Assembly (NCBI GenBank): GCA_002269645.1
Contig: NIVC01001003.1
Span: 248,001-312,000 of the forward strand
DNA from: Macrostomum lignano
Lineage: Eukaryota
Direction of reading: 5' to 3'
Length of the DNA stretch: 64,000 nucleotides
Shown here: one piece after another, positions 25,425 through 37,710 of the stretch
Numbering within the stretch: position 1 is the stretch's first letter
How the letters are laid out: every line of letters begins with the position of its first letter
Notes under the pieces: generated by a model
The model's database searches: none
What the model saw: the letters and a program-made list of their open reading frames with translations, nothing else
Told to the model about the DNA's origin: nothing
Made by a program: the position numbers and the translations under genes

Positions 25425-25625
25425 AAAAGATTTCTCAGATCTAGGAAATGTATTGTGAAAATGGTATGTCTTTTGTAAAAGATTTCTTAGATCCAGGAAA
25501 TGTATTATGAAAATGGTATGTCTTTTGTAAAAGATTTCTCAGATCCAGGAAATGTATTGTGAAGATAGTATGTCTTTTGTAAAAGATTTCTCAGATCCAG
25601 GAAATGTGTTGTGAAAATTGTATGT
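25425..25625. repeat. About 52-bp tandem repeat, about 4 copies
   Basis: ATGTCTTTTGTAAAAGATTTCTCAGATCCAGGAAATGTATTGTGAAAATGGT recurs. Confidence 0.85.
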
Positions 25626-27499
25626 CATATATTATGTTACAGGTAGGTGTTTGTCATATTGTATGTATATTTCTAAGAAGTATGGCCCCTTTTAAAATGT
25701 TTGTTTTGCATATAATATATGTAATATAAAATAGTATAAGGTTTAGGTTTAGTTGATGATAGCTGAATATCTGAATGTATGTATAGAGAGCTTGTTCCTG
25801 TGTAAATGCAATATATGTTCATATCTAATACAAAATAGGTTTATGCTTATCATCTCTATGTTCAGTTGATAAATTTTAATGACAAATGGATAAATATTAT
25901 TTTATTATAAATATACAATTGTATACAATAGTTTATTTTTGAAAATTTTAAGTCTTATTGAGTTGTTTATTAATTTGCATTTTGCTGAATAGCTAATTAT
26001 GATATTATATTAGAATGTTAGCATATTCAGACATATTAGGCCTAAGACTCCTAAGTTACAAAGTATAAATGGCAGAATGCTAATCTTTCTAATATATCAA
26101 TATATACTAATAGTATATGAGGGCATCTTCATATTATTAGGGCATCTTTTGTCCTCATTTTAAATTCATTATTAATAGAAAATGTACAAAACTTACACTT
26201 GGTGAGTCATGAAACTCCATGACAAATTGTTTATTGTCTGTAGCCATCTTTACCTTTTTGACAGACAAGATAGGCCTACCTTTAAATGTTAGACCTACTA
26301 GTAAATGTCAAATATGTGTGCACTACTACTATGTCTTCTTTTCTTATGCCTTAAGCTTAACACTTATCTTCAGGGCAATGCTATTATTTAGCGAGTAGGT
26401 ACTAGACAAAATTTTAACTGTATATAATATGAATGCGACAATAATCAGCTGGCTGCTAGCTGTTACGATTTACAAACACCAAGTAAGGCCCTACCAACAA
26501 TATATACTTGCCTAGTTCTTCACAATCTCAAATATCATCTACTATGTCTTCTGAATTAAAATATACCAGAAGTCCAGAATAGAATTCTACCTGACAATTA
26601 TGATGAGCAGCGGCGGCGGGGGCCGATTCAACGAACTCGTAATATAAAGTTTGAATTTGAACCAGATTTTTTAGAAAAATATAGTATTTTAAACAAATAG
26701 CTACTAGCGAACTTTTTAAAATGAACAAATATGTTTTGTTGAATTTTTGATGTACAATTTTTCTCTTTACTTTGCATACTTTTTCTACGTGGTTTTAACA
26801 TTTGGGTTTCAACGGCGCGACATTATATGATTCGATTATTCAATTATGCCAATGGCATAATAAATGGAATAATACTCCTTTAGAAAAAGTCAGAACTTGT
26901 TAATGTCTAAAATACAACGCTCTATAAAAACAGCAGAGCAATGAGATAGTTAGAGCAATATGTGCAACCCTAAAAATATGCCCCTAAAAAGTGTCAGGAA
27001 TTAGTGTCAGCGCATCACCGAGCAATTAGCAAGAGGACGAAGATCAATCCCAGTAGCAGTGCCCAGTGCCTCGGCGTCACAAAGCAGACCAGTCCAACGT
27101 GTCCGCTCCCCCTTCCGTCTGAGCGGATCTACCGTCTGAGGGTTGTCTGGCGAAATATAGGACTAATGTGCTCATAATTGCTCATTTCTATTCATGTATA
27201 TCATGACAATTCATACTGTACTAGAAAGTGCAACTAATTAGTCTATGACTAAAGCCTCTGCTTAAAAACTAAAGGTCATATTCTACCCCTAATGAAACTT
27301 CTTGATCTGAGAAAATGGTTCAACAGCGAGATGTCGCGTTATCGTCATCTTTATCTTAAAAACTAAGTCGTTATCGATTGCTACAAAGCTGGAAAGTCTG
27401 CGATAGAGTGTCTTCGCCACCTGCAGGCAATCTACCAGGATGATGCCTTGTCTAGAAGCTAGGTCTATTACATCTATGACCAACTGCGCTCTGGCCACG

Positions 27500-28323
27500 A
27501 CGGTTCGGTTCTGATGGACGTGGAAAGAACAAGGACCCGACTGTCAGGACCCCAGCAAAAATTGAGATTGTTGCTCGTCTGATTGAGGACAGGCGCCTCA
27601 CTGTTAGGGAGCTCTCAGATAAATCTGGGATTCCCAAGACAACTATTCATGAGATTCTTGTCCATGACCTGCAGTCAAGCATGTGTCTGCCAGGTGGGTG
27701 CCTTACCTGCTCACGGAAGAAAACCGCAGGGAGTGCACACACTGTGCTCAGGACTTCTTTTGCATGAGCCGGGCTTTCAGCAGCAAATAATAACTGCTGA
27801 TGAAACATGGCTTTACTACGTGACTCCGGAAACCAAGAACCAATCTAAGCAGTGGGTGCCAATGGTTGCCAATGCCCCGACAAAGGCCCGGGTGTCCCGC
27901 AGTGCCGTGACTCACAGGGCCTTGCCTACACGTAGAGCAGGGCCAGACAGTCAACGCATACTTGACACTCTGAGGGACCACATTCGACGCAAGCGGCCAG
28001 AATGGATGGCAAGAACCAGGTTCACTGTTCTGCATGACAATGCCCGTCCACACACGTGTCAGCCCACACCAGGGAGTTTCTTACCAGGAGAGGCATTCCG
28101 GTGGTGCCGCATCCAACCTACTCACCTGATTTGGCCCCTGGCTGCGGACTTCTGGCTATTTCCGCATGTCAAAAACTGCATTGCCGGTTGCCGGTTCGAC
28201 ACCTTGCTGGAGCTTTTGACACCAACCCCATGGCTGCTTCCCAGTGCACTGAGGCCTTCAACAAGTGGCTGTTAGGGATGGCAGCGGTGCATTGAGAAGG
28301 ATGGAGATTATGTTGAAAAATGA
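27500..28323 (+). mobile_element. Decayed mariner (DD34D-type) transposase
   Basis: Pieces across several frames: LIEDRRLTVRELSDKSGIPKTTIHEIL, IITADETWLYYVTPETKNQSKQWV, LHDNARPH, PHPTYSPDLAP, DFWLFPH, and GDYVEK*. Multiple frameshifts; TIRs not identified. Confidence 0.88.
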
Positions 28324-29316
28324 CAGTTATTGTTTCGTTTCAATTGTTTGTTTAAAATCGTATATGGCACCTGCTGTCCTATATTTCGCCGGACAACCCT
28401 CTCCTGGTATTACAACATGATCGAGAGTAAGCAGGAAGTCCTGTACGACTTTGGGCCAGGGGCAGAAGCGATCTCGGCCCGAATACGCGGTCCCCAATTC
28501 CATCGCCGGCGCAGTCTCTCGATCGATCAGCCGATCCCGACGCTATCCCCGCAAATTTCTACATTAAAGATCTACAATTTCTACACGAACATGTGGAGCA
28601 TGTACATCTGCAGCGGGCTGCAGCGCTGCAGCCAGGTATTCCGCGTCCGACCGTCTCGACCTTAGCCTGCCACAGCCGGGCAGCGGTAACGTACATGTAC
28701 AACGTTACATGTACATACAACATACGCCGTACAGCTAGGCTGCATTGTACATGTACATAAATTAACATGTACATTTTGGGAATGTTTCTGAGGAGGACAT
28801 GTATATGCCCCCCGCGCCACCCGAAAAATTACAATATTTTTATATTGTACTTGAAGTAAATGTAGTTTCTACATGCATATTTTGACTAATATCGAATATT
28901 CGGTTCGATTTTAGAATATGTGCAGTATTAACTACCCAATTTCGGTGAAATATACGTTCGCAGAATAGAAACTTAGGTATCGTGAACATATCGTCCTAAC
29001 TTCTAATGCATTACTAAAAGTAGCAAATTTAGCGAATAATTACAATCAGATGAAGTCGCAACTCGTACTTACGCACTTTTTATAATACAAAAAGGCATTG
29101 GCTGACCAATTGCTATTTGGCAAGCATAGTACGCAGATTGGGTATCAAAGTATGAAAATGTTGTATCTAAATAAAATTCAGACAAGAACGGTACGATTGT
29201 GCCGCAGTCTTCCGTAGTGTCCACACAGTTTTGCTGCTGGGCAAGTCTCTCTGCGAGTGCGTTTTGATCTTCGCTGTGCTATAGAAGAGTGAAGAAGGTC
29301 TGCTGCTGCACCGAAT

Positions 29317-29436
29317 ATGCCGTTGGTATTACGTGTTGTTATGCCACTGTTGCTGTGTGCATTGTGCTCCGACTGCCTGCCGGCTAGCAACAGCATGTAC
29401 AGCCATCAGTCTGCGGACTGTGCCAGTGCCGACTTG
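29317..29436 (+). CDS. Candidate first exon encoding a signal-peptide-like N-terminus (possibly of the receptor-like gene)
   Basis: MPLVLRVVMPLLLCALCSDCLPASNS... followed by the good donor TTG|GTGAGA at 29436/7. Linkage to downstream exons not demonstrated. Confidence 0.3.
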
Positions 29437-29867
29437 GTGAGATGCTCGACATATTTTATCTATATTTGCGCGTATAAAACTATTCATGAAATTGGAAAAA
29501 ATGATCAGCTGGTTCTACCATAGATCCATAGATTTCACTGGTTACATACATGTAGTGTTTGAGGTTAAAGAGGTTAAAGCAATATGTTGGAAGATACACT
29601 CGTTAAAAGAGTGGATGGAGGCAGGGGCGGACCCAGGGGGGGGGGGAGCAAGGTGACCTCGGCCCCCCTCAGCCGTGGCCAAAAAATTAGCTCATGCTTT
29701 TTGGCCTGTAATTATACAAGGTCTCTTTTCTAATATTGATCCGAGGGCGATGGAAGATAGAGTGATATAAGGGTAAATGGATCATATTGAGGGCAGACAG
29801 TGGAGACAGAGGTGTCAATGGAGAATGGTACAACTGATATGAATGAATGAGTTATAAAGAGGATAGC

Positions 29868-30540
29868 ACTCCGTCACTCCGTCACTGCCTCACTCCGTCA
29901 CTGCCTCACTCTGTCACTGCCTCACTCCGTCACTGCCTCACTCCGTCACTGCCTCACTCCGTCACTGCCTCACTCCGTCACTGCCTCACTCCGTCACTGC
30001 CTCACTCCGTCACTGCCTCACTCCGTCACTGCCTCACTCCGTCACTGCCTCACTCCGTCACTGCCTCACTCCGTCACTGCCTCACTGCCTCACTGCCTCA
30101 CTCCGTCACTGCCTCACTCCGTCACTGCCTCACTCCGTCACTGCCTCACTCCGTCACTGCCTCACTCCGTCACTGCCTCACTCCCTCACTCCGTCACTGC
30201 CTCACTCCGTCACTGCCTCACTCCCTCACTCCGTCACTGCCTCACTCCGTCACTGCCTCACTCCGTCACTCCGTCACTCCCTCACTCCGTCACTGCCTCA
30301 CTCCGTCACTGCCTCACTCCGTCACTGCCTCACTCCGTCACTGCCTCACTCCGTCACTGCCTCACTCCGTCACTGCCTCACTCCGTCACTGCCTCACTCC
30401 CTCACTCCGTCACTGCCTCACTCCGTCACTGCCTCACTCCGTCACTGCCTCACTCCGTCACTCCCTCACTCCGTCACTGCCGTACTCCGTCACTGCCTCA
30501 CTCCGTCACTGCCTCATTCCCTCTCTCCGTCACTCCGTCC
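29868..30540. repeat. 16-bp minisatellite
   Basis: CTCCGTCACTGCCTCA units. Confidence 0.95.
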
Positions 30541-31454
30541 CTCAGTCATTCCGTCACTCCCCCAACCCGTCACTTCCTCACCCTGTCACTCAGTCACTCC
30601 TTCATTCCCGCAAACTGTCACTGCCGAATATTGCTATAGCAAGTCACAATCCCGAATGCAACTGCCCTGAGGCCTCGCATTGGTACTAAAAAAATATCCC
30701 AGAGCCGATTCTGGACTTCTCTGTTGGCGTACGAGGCTTAATTTTAATTGTCGTTACGCTAAAAACTTCGAAAATTACAGTTGTTAATTTAGCCTATCTT
30801 GATCTTTTTCTTTCGCTATATAAATTAGTTCGCTTCAATATACGCTCGTAGCAGTACAGTAGTCCTAGATGGTAGAAGCTTCATGCAGCTGTCATTCAAT
30901 CATCGTCATTATAGTGCAGCAACATGTCATGGTCGCTAAAAAGTTTATCTACAGTAGTTGACTACAAAATTTCGCTAGCAGAAAACAGCTCGCGATTCAA
31001 CTTAGTGGCTAAGCACTAAACACTGGGGGGAGGGGGGTTCGGTCTTGTGTTTCCCACGTTCGGGCGAGCTGTGCCTGACAAAGAAGGCATTTTATTCGGT
31101 ACAACAAACAAATGCATGTAAATGAAGACAAGGAACTGAGGAGGATATTTGGCGTCAGCCTGTCCCGCCGCCTCTCATCCCAGCAAAGATCCCAAGCAGA
31201 GATAGATTTCCCAATTGTCCCCACTCGCAACCAAGGGCTCCGGTTTTGTAGCTTCATGGACTGCTAATAAGGTACAATATGGATCGGAGGTCACTAGAGC
31301 AATTTTTGGGAACCATTCACAATGTATGAGTATTGAGTAAGTAAATAGGCAATGAATGGGATACTTTACAACATTATAAATTATGTTTAGTAAGTAACTT
31401 TCACAACCCATGGACAGATAGAAGCTTAAAAATGCAGAAATTTCTCAGATTAAA

Positions 31455-32050
31455 TAGTAGATTGTGTCGATGGTTTTGGAGACAGACAATGGTAGATTGT
31501 GTCCATGGTTTTGGAGACAGACAATGGTAGATTGTGTCTATGGTTTTGGAGTCAGACAATGGTAGATTGTGTCCATGGTTTTGGAGACAGACAATGGTAG
31601 ATTGTGTCTATGGTTTTGGAGTCAGACAATGGTAGATTGTGTCTATGGTTTTGGAGACAGACAATGGTAGATTGTGTCTATGGTTTTGGAGTCAGACAAT
31701 GGTAGATTGTGTCTATGGTTTTGGAGACAGACAATGGTAGATTGTGTCTATGGTTTTGGAGACAGACAATGGTAGATTGTGTCTATGGTTTTTGAGGCAG
31801 ACAATGGTAGATTGTGTCTATGGCTTTGGAGGCAGACAATGATAGATTATGTCTATGGTTTTTGAGGCAGACAATGGTAGATTGTGTCTATGGTTTTTGA
31901 GGCAGACAATGGTAGATTGTGTCTATGGTTTTTGAGGCAGACAATGGTAGATTGTGTCTATGGTTTTGGAGACAGACAATGGTAGATTGTGTCTATGGTT
32001 TTGGAGGCAGACAATGGTAGATTGTGTCTATGGTTTTTGAGGCAGACAAG
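31455..32050. repeat. 35-bp minisatellite
   Basis: GACAATGGTAGATTGTGTCTATGGTTTTGGAG(A/G/T)CA units. Confidence 0.95.
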
Positions 32051-32231
32051 GATTGATATTTCACGAGTAGAGAGAAGCCACTAATCTTGTCTATGACAAA
32101 ACCATATACACAAGCACATTGTCTCATGAATGTTGCGTTGAATAATGAGCGTAGATCCTAAGACAATGATCCATGCATGACAACATAAAATAAGTGATGA
32201 GTTGCTTTTTCTCAAAATTAAATACTAGTAG

Positions 32232-32412
32232 AATATCCACCTTTTTGTACCTGGTACATTGTTGACTGCTGCCTCCAGTCCAGATGCTTTGCGCCAGGAG
32301 TCCATGCTTCCTTTCCCACCGGACCGGATCCGGATATGACACTAATACTGCAGCAAAGCACACCCCATGTTAATATTTCATATATAGTAAGCGAAGCCCT
32401 CAAAGTCTGTCT
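32232..32412 (+). CDS. Candidate Cys-containing extracellular exon (weakly CUB-like)
   Basis: AG acceptor at 32231; reads (E)YPPFCTWYIVDCCLQSRCFAPG...ALKVC. The phase-2 GTAAGC donor at 32413 is compatible with the exon at 34681. Confidence 0.3.
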
Positions 32413-32709
32413 GTAAGCAGATTTTGAGACTAGACTGAGAATTAATATTTAAAGAAGAATTAGTGCGACTATTACATTAGAAAGGGGCCGGTGTGTCTGA
32501 ACCCCCCCATCTTGACAAGCATGACAAGACAAATTAACAACATGTAGTCATGCCAGTCCTAGAGCAGACAGGGTGGAAGCGAGAGCAGAATCTGAGAAAT
32601 GCTTAATACTCGCACAGTTTATATGACGGTTGTTAAACAGTGAGGCCGTAAAATGAGTAATTTTGTAGCGTAAAATCAATATCAAAATTTCATAAACTAT
32701 AAATTATCA

Positions 32710-33265
32710 CAAACCTGAAATATCACAGACCCGAAATATCACAAACCCGAAATATCACAAACCTGAAAAATCACGGACCTGAAATATCACAGACCTGAAA
32801 TATCACAAACCTGAAATATCACAAACCCAAAATATCACAAACCTGAAATATCACAAACCTGAAATATCACAAACCCGAAATATCACAAACCCGAAATATC
32901 ACAAACCTGAAATATCACGGACCTGAATATCACAGACCTGAAATATCACAGACCTGAAATATCACAGACCTGAAATATCACAAACCCGAAATATCACAAA
33001 CCCGAAATATCACGAACCCGAAATATCACAAACCCGAAATATCACAAACCCGAAATATCACAAACCCGAAATATCACAAACCTGAAACATCTCAAACCCG
33101 AAATATCACAAACCCGAAATATCACAAACCCGAAACATCTCAAACCCGAAACATCACAAACCTGAAATATCACAGACCTGAAATATCACAAACCTGAAAT
33201 ATCACAGACCTGAAATATCACAAACCCGAAATATCACAAACCCGAAACATCTCAAACCCGAAATG
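32710..33265. repeat. 16-bp minisatellite
   Basis: AAACC(C/T)GAAATATCAC units. Confidence 0.93.
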
Positions 33266-33934
33266 CGAGCTATCATAACTCCGAAAAGCAAAATACCGTT
33301 GGGTGTTGCTGGAACTTTCGGAGTTATTTCAGCAAAAGACTGAAAAAAACAGAGCGAAAACACTTATCAGCCACGTGTTGGTTGCATCGCAAGTTTTCTA
33401 TTCTGAAGCAACTACAATCTCTTTCTTGCACCCACATGCCACTGTCCCGGAAAAGATCGACAGTTATGGCGTGTTCTGCGCGTTATTTTGCATCACGTGC
33501 TCTAACTTAAAAGAAAGGTAAAAGTAAATTATGCTGCAGATTTTATGCTGCTGTTTAAACAACAGATCAAACTCCGGTGTAAACTACAGTTGACTCTTTA
33601 AGCACAGCACAGATTTCATCGATTAGATCTGCTCCTACACAAACCTCAGCAGCGAACGGAAATGAATTCACGACACATGCCCTAACCCCCAACCTTGCTC
33701 TCCTTCAGACCCAGCACGGGCTTGGCACAGTGTCCAGGCACGCGGAAATGTGCAGCGAAATGCCTGGTAAGCCAGCGCGATTTCAATAACATGATTTTTT
33801 GTATTGAGGGTCAAATTTGTTGAAGGGAAAGTGGCTGGGGGTAGCCAGCAGCAGCACTTCAATGCGTTAATCCAGGGTTTAAGCATCGGACTTTATCGAT
33901 AAGCTCGATCTAAAAGTAATCTAGGCAAGGGTCA

Positions 33935-34678
33935 GCACTCTCCACAGCCTCCCTGTACAACTGCTTAGAGCCAGCTGCTCAAATGCACTCTCCCACAGCC
34001 TCACTGTACAACTGCTCAGAGCCAGCTGCTCAAATGCACTCTCCCACAGCCTCCCTGTACAACTGCTCAGAGCCAGCTGCTCAAATGCACTCTCCCACAG
34101 CCTCCCTGTACAACTGCTCAGAGCCAGCTGCTCAAATGCACTCTCACACAGCCTCCCTGTACAACTGCTCAGAGCCAGCTGCTCAAATGCACTCTCCCAC
34201 AGCCTCCCTGTACAACTGCTCAGAGCCAGCTGCTCAAATGCACTCTCCCACAGCCTCCCTGTACAACTGCTCAGAGCCAGCTGCTCAAATGCACTCTCCC
34301 ACAGCCTCCCTGTACAACTGCTCAGAGCCAGCTGCTCAAATGCACTCTCCCACAGCCTCCCTGTACAACTGCTTAGAGCCAGCTGCTCAAATGCACTCTC
34401 CCACAGCCTCCCTGTACAACTGCTTAGAGCCAGCTGCTCAAATGCACTCTCCCACAGCCTCCCTGTACAACTGCTTAGAGCCAGCTGCTCAAATGCACTC
34501 TCCCACAGCCTCCCTGTACAACTGCTTAGAGCCAGCTGCTCAAATGCACTCTCCCACAGCCTCCCTGTACAACTGCTTAGAGCCAGCTGCTCAAATGCAC
34601 TCTCCCACAGCCTCCCTGTACAACTGCTTAGAGCCAGCTGCTCAAATGCACTCTCCCACAGCCTCCCTGTACAACTAC
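33935..34678. repeat. 51-bp tandem repeat, about 14.5 copies, stop-free in one frame
   Basis: CACTCTCCCACAGCCTCCCTGTACAACTGCT(C/T)AGAGCCAGCTGCTCAAATG; translates as MHSPTASLYNC(S/L)EPAAQ. Confidence 0.95.
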
Positions 34679-34680
34679 AG

Positions 34681-37148
34681 CGTGCAGACGGCTCAGTCAG
34701 CTGACAGCCTTCAGAGCACCGAGTTCTCAGACACTGCCAGCGGCCTCATTATCGGCTCCTTCGAGCTGGAGCACTGCCTGACTCCGTCAGACTCGCTGCT
34801 CATCGTTCTGGGCGAAGCCTCCGACTCGATGGGCGCCTCTGAGCACAGATGTCAGAGGCTGACCGTCTGCAACCAGATGGCCGACGGGAAGCGGCGACGA
34901 CTGCGGCTTCAACTGAGCCTCCGTCCGACCAGATCCTACACGATGAAGGTCTTCAAGCTGGCCAGCGGGTCCAGGCTGTGCGAGCAGCCCCGAGTTCGAT
35001 TCTTCTTCACCAGGTCGGCGGGCGACGACCGGCCGCTGGTGCAGCTGGCGGCGCGACGCTGCGGCGCCTGTGGTGACGATGGCAGCGACTTCCGCTGCAA
35101 CATGACGGCCTACCTGCGGAGCGGCTGGGTTGGTGGGCTGCTGCTAAAGCTGACCGGAGTTTTAGGCGATCAAAGTGACTGGATCAAATTTCCGGCCAAT
35201 CAGAGTCAGCGGGTGTCGGTGAGCTCACGGAGACCGTTTTGGGCGAGCAAACGGCGGGAGTAATGATTTAGTACGACTCACGTAGAATACTATAGCATTA
35301 AAATACTGTATTTTTTGCTTAAGGCAGCCTTCAAAGATTCTAAGAAACGAAATATTCTAGCCTTCTAAGATTTTCTAAGACACGTATGTTGCAGTCTTGA
35401 AAATTTTTATAAGAAAATAAATGTTGCAGTCTTGAAAGATTTTCTAAGAAACACAAATTCCAGTCTTGAAAGATTTTCTAAGAAACTAAATATTCCAGCT
35501 TTCAAATATTTTTTAAGAACGAAACGTTTTGACTCAAATGCAATTGTAAATTCAAACTAACTTTTTAAATTGCTGCAGAATTCAAACAGTTGGATTAAGG
35601 CAAACCTCTCCATGCAGATCCGAAGTTGGCAGCTCACCTATCATGTGAGTAATGTTTTTAATAATTTGTAACACAGCTGAGCATATTTCGTAGAACTCAG
35701 AGCCTTCCAATTTAATTTCAATCCAGTTTCGCAAAACTGCCGGATCGAGACGGACGATTTCCAGTGCAAGGCGAAGCATCTTTTCATTAGGATTCAATGG
35801 TAATCCACTCTGTGATTGACCTCATTGACACTGTGATTGACCTCACCGACACTCTGATTGACCTCACCGACACTCTGATTGACCTCACCGACACTCTGAT
35901 TGACCTCACCGACACTCTGATTGACCTCACCGACACTGTGATTGACCTCACCGACACCCTGTGATTGACCTCACCGACACTTTGATTGGCCTCACCGACA
36001 CCCTGTGATTGACCTCACCGACACTGTGATTGACCTCACCGACACCCTGTGATTGACCTCACCGACACTTTGATTGGCCTCACCGACGCTCTGATTGACC
36101 TCACCGACACTCTGATTGACCTCACCGACACTCTGATTGACCTCACCGACACTCTGATTGACCTCACCGACACTGTGATTGACCTCACCGACACTGTGAT
36201 TGACCTCACCGACACTTTGATTGACCTCACCGACACTGTGATTGGCCTCACCGACACTCTGATTGACCTCACCGACACTCTGATTGACCTCACCGACACT
36301 CTGATTGACCTCACCGACGCTCTGATTGGCCTCACCGACACTCTGTGATTGACCTCACCGACACTCTGATTGACCTCACCGACACTCTGATTGACCTCAC
36401 CGACACTCTGATTGACCTTAACGGTGATTGACCTCACCAACACTCTGTGATTGATCTCAATGACACTCCAAATTCCTCTGACTAATTATTTACAGACAAG
36501 TCGCTCCGCTCGCCGACCCTCTGTCAGCCCTCTGAGCCGCTGGCAGTCTGCCCGAGGCCGCTGTTGCCGCCGACAGTGGGCCAGTGGAGCGCGCCTTCGC
36601 CCTCCCAGTCGGCCAGAGGGTCTGTCAATCGATCAACAATCAGCGACACAGCGCCCGCAGTTTTAAGCTGGGCGCTTCCTCCGGCGCTAGTCCTGGCGCT
36701 CTTCCTGGCGCTCTACCGGGCGCTCTATGCTCAGCGCAATTGCGGCGATAGCAACACGAGAAAACTTGTCCTGCTAGTGCTTCCAGAAGCCGGAAATCCA
36801 ACGACCCGTCAGCTTATTCGCCGGCTGCCAGCGGCCCCGGCCGGAGTCGAGATACGTCAGGTGGTCGGCCTGAGCAAGCTCAACCGACAGCTAATTGGCA
36901 GCTCGTGCCTCGTCATCTTCCTGAGCTGGGACTCAAAGTTCGACAGCTTCCAAGCTGGCAGCCTGTCGGATGCAGCCGGGAGGAGTCTGAGAACGGTGCT
37001 GCTGACTGAGAAGCACCGGATGCTGGGAGCCTTCATCAACTCGGGAGCTGGACCGCCTGCTGACTCGATCTGGTCCGGCCTCGATGCCAGGATGCTGGGA
37101 CTGGACGATGGAGCGGCTTGGAAAGATCTGCTGCTCCAGGCTGCTTGA
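34681..37148 (+). CDS. Unassigned type I membrane protein: Cys-containing ectodomain, one TM helix, about 140-aa alpha/beta cytoplasmic domain (SEFIR/TIR-like)
   Basis: GC-rich open exons 34681-35218 and 36496-37148; small exons 35579-35644 and 35727-35799 give a phase-consistent chain (0, 0, 1). Hydrophobic VLSWALPPALVLALFLALY at about 36660-36716. No family match confirmed. Confidence 0.55.
35808..36450. repeat. 21-bp minisatellite in an intron of the receptor-like gene
   Basis: GATTGACCTCACCGACACTCT units. Confidence 0.95.
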
Positions 37149-37344
37149 GAACGGATGGTAGCTTTTGGTGGGTCTCAGGTTATTAGACGAGCGGGAATCG
37201 TTTTTAGAAATCATGGACCCGTGGGTTACGTTGCTCCCTAGCGTGTTTTAGCAACTTTAGATTTTTTTTATGGACTAAAAGTAAAATATTAAATATCTTC
37301 ATTTGGAAAATTCACGAGGTCCGACAAGCCAAATACGTCATGCC

Positions 37345-37710
37345 ATGTACACTGGGAATCGCCCATGTACACTAAGAATCGCCCATGTACATTGGGAATC
37401 GCCCATGTACATTGGGAATCGCCCATGTACATTGGGAATCGCCCCCCCACCGAATGACACTGTGGGAATCGCCTCCCCCCGATACACATTGGGAATCGCT
37501 CCAACCGATATACATTGAGAATCGCCCCCCCCTGCCCCGATATACATTGGGAATCGCCCCCCCCCGGCCCCCACCGATGTACATTGGGAATCGCCCCCCC
37601 CACCGATGTACATTGGGAATCGCCCCCCCACCGATGTACATTGGGAATCGCCCCCCCACCGATGTACATTGGGAATCGCCCCCCCCCACCGATGTACATT
37701 GGGAATCGCC
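37345..37710. repeat. Variable-length minisatellite (about 21-30 bp)
   Basis: TACATTGGGAATCGCCC(C)n(ACCG)ATG units with variable C runs. Confidence 0.88.
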
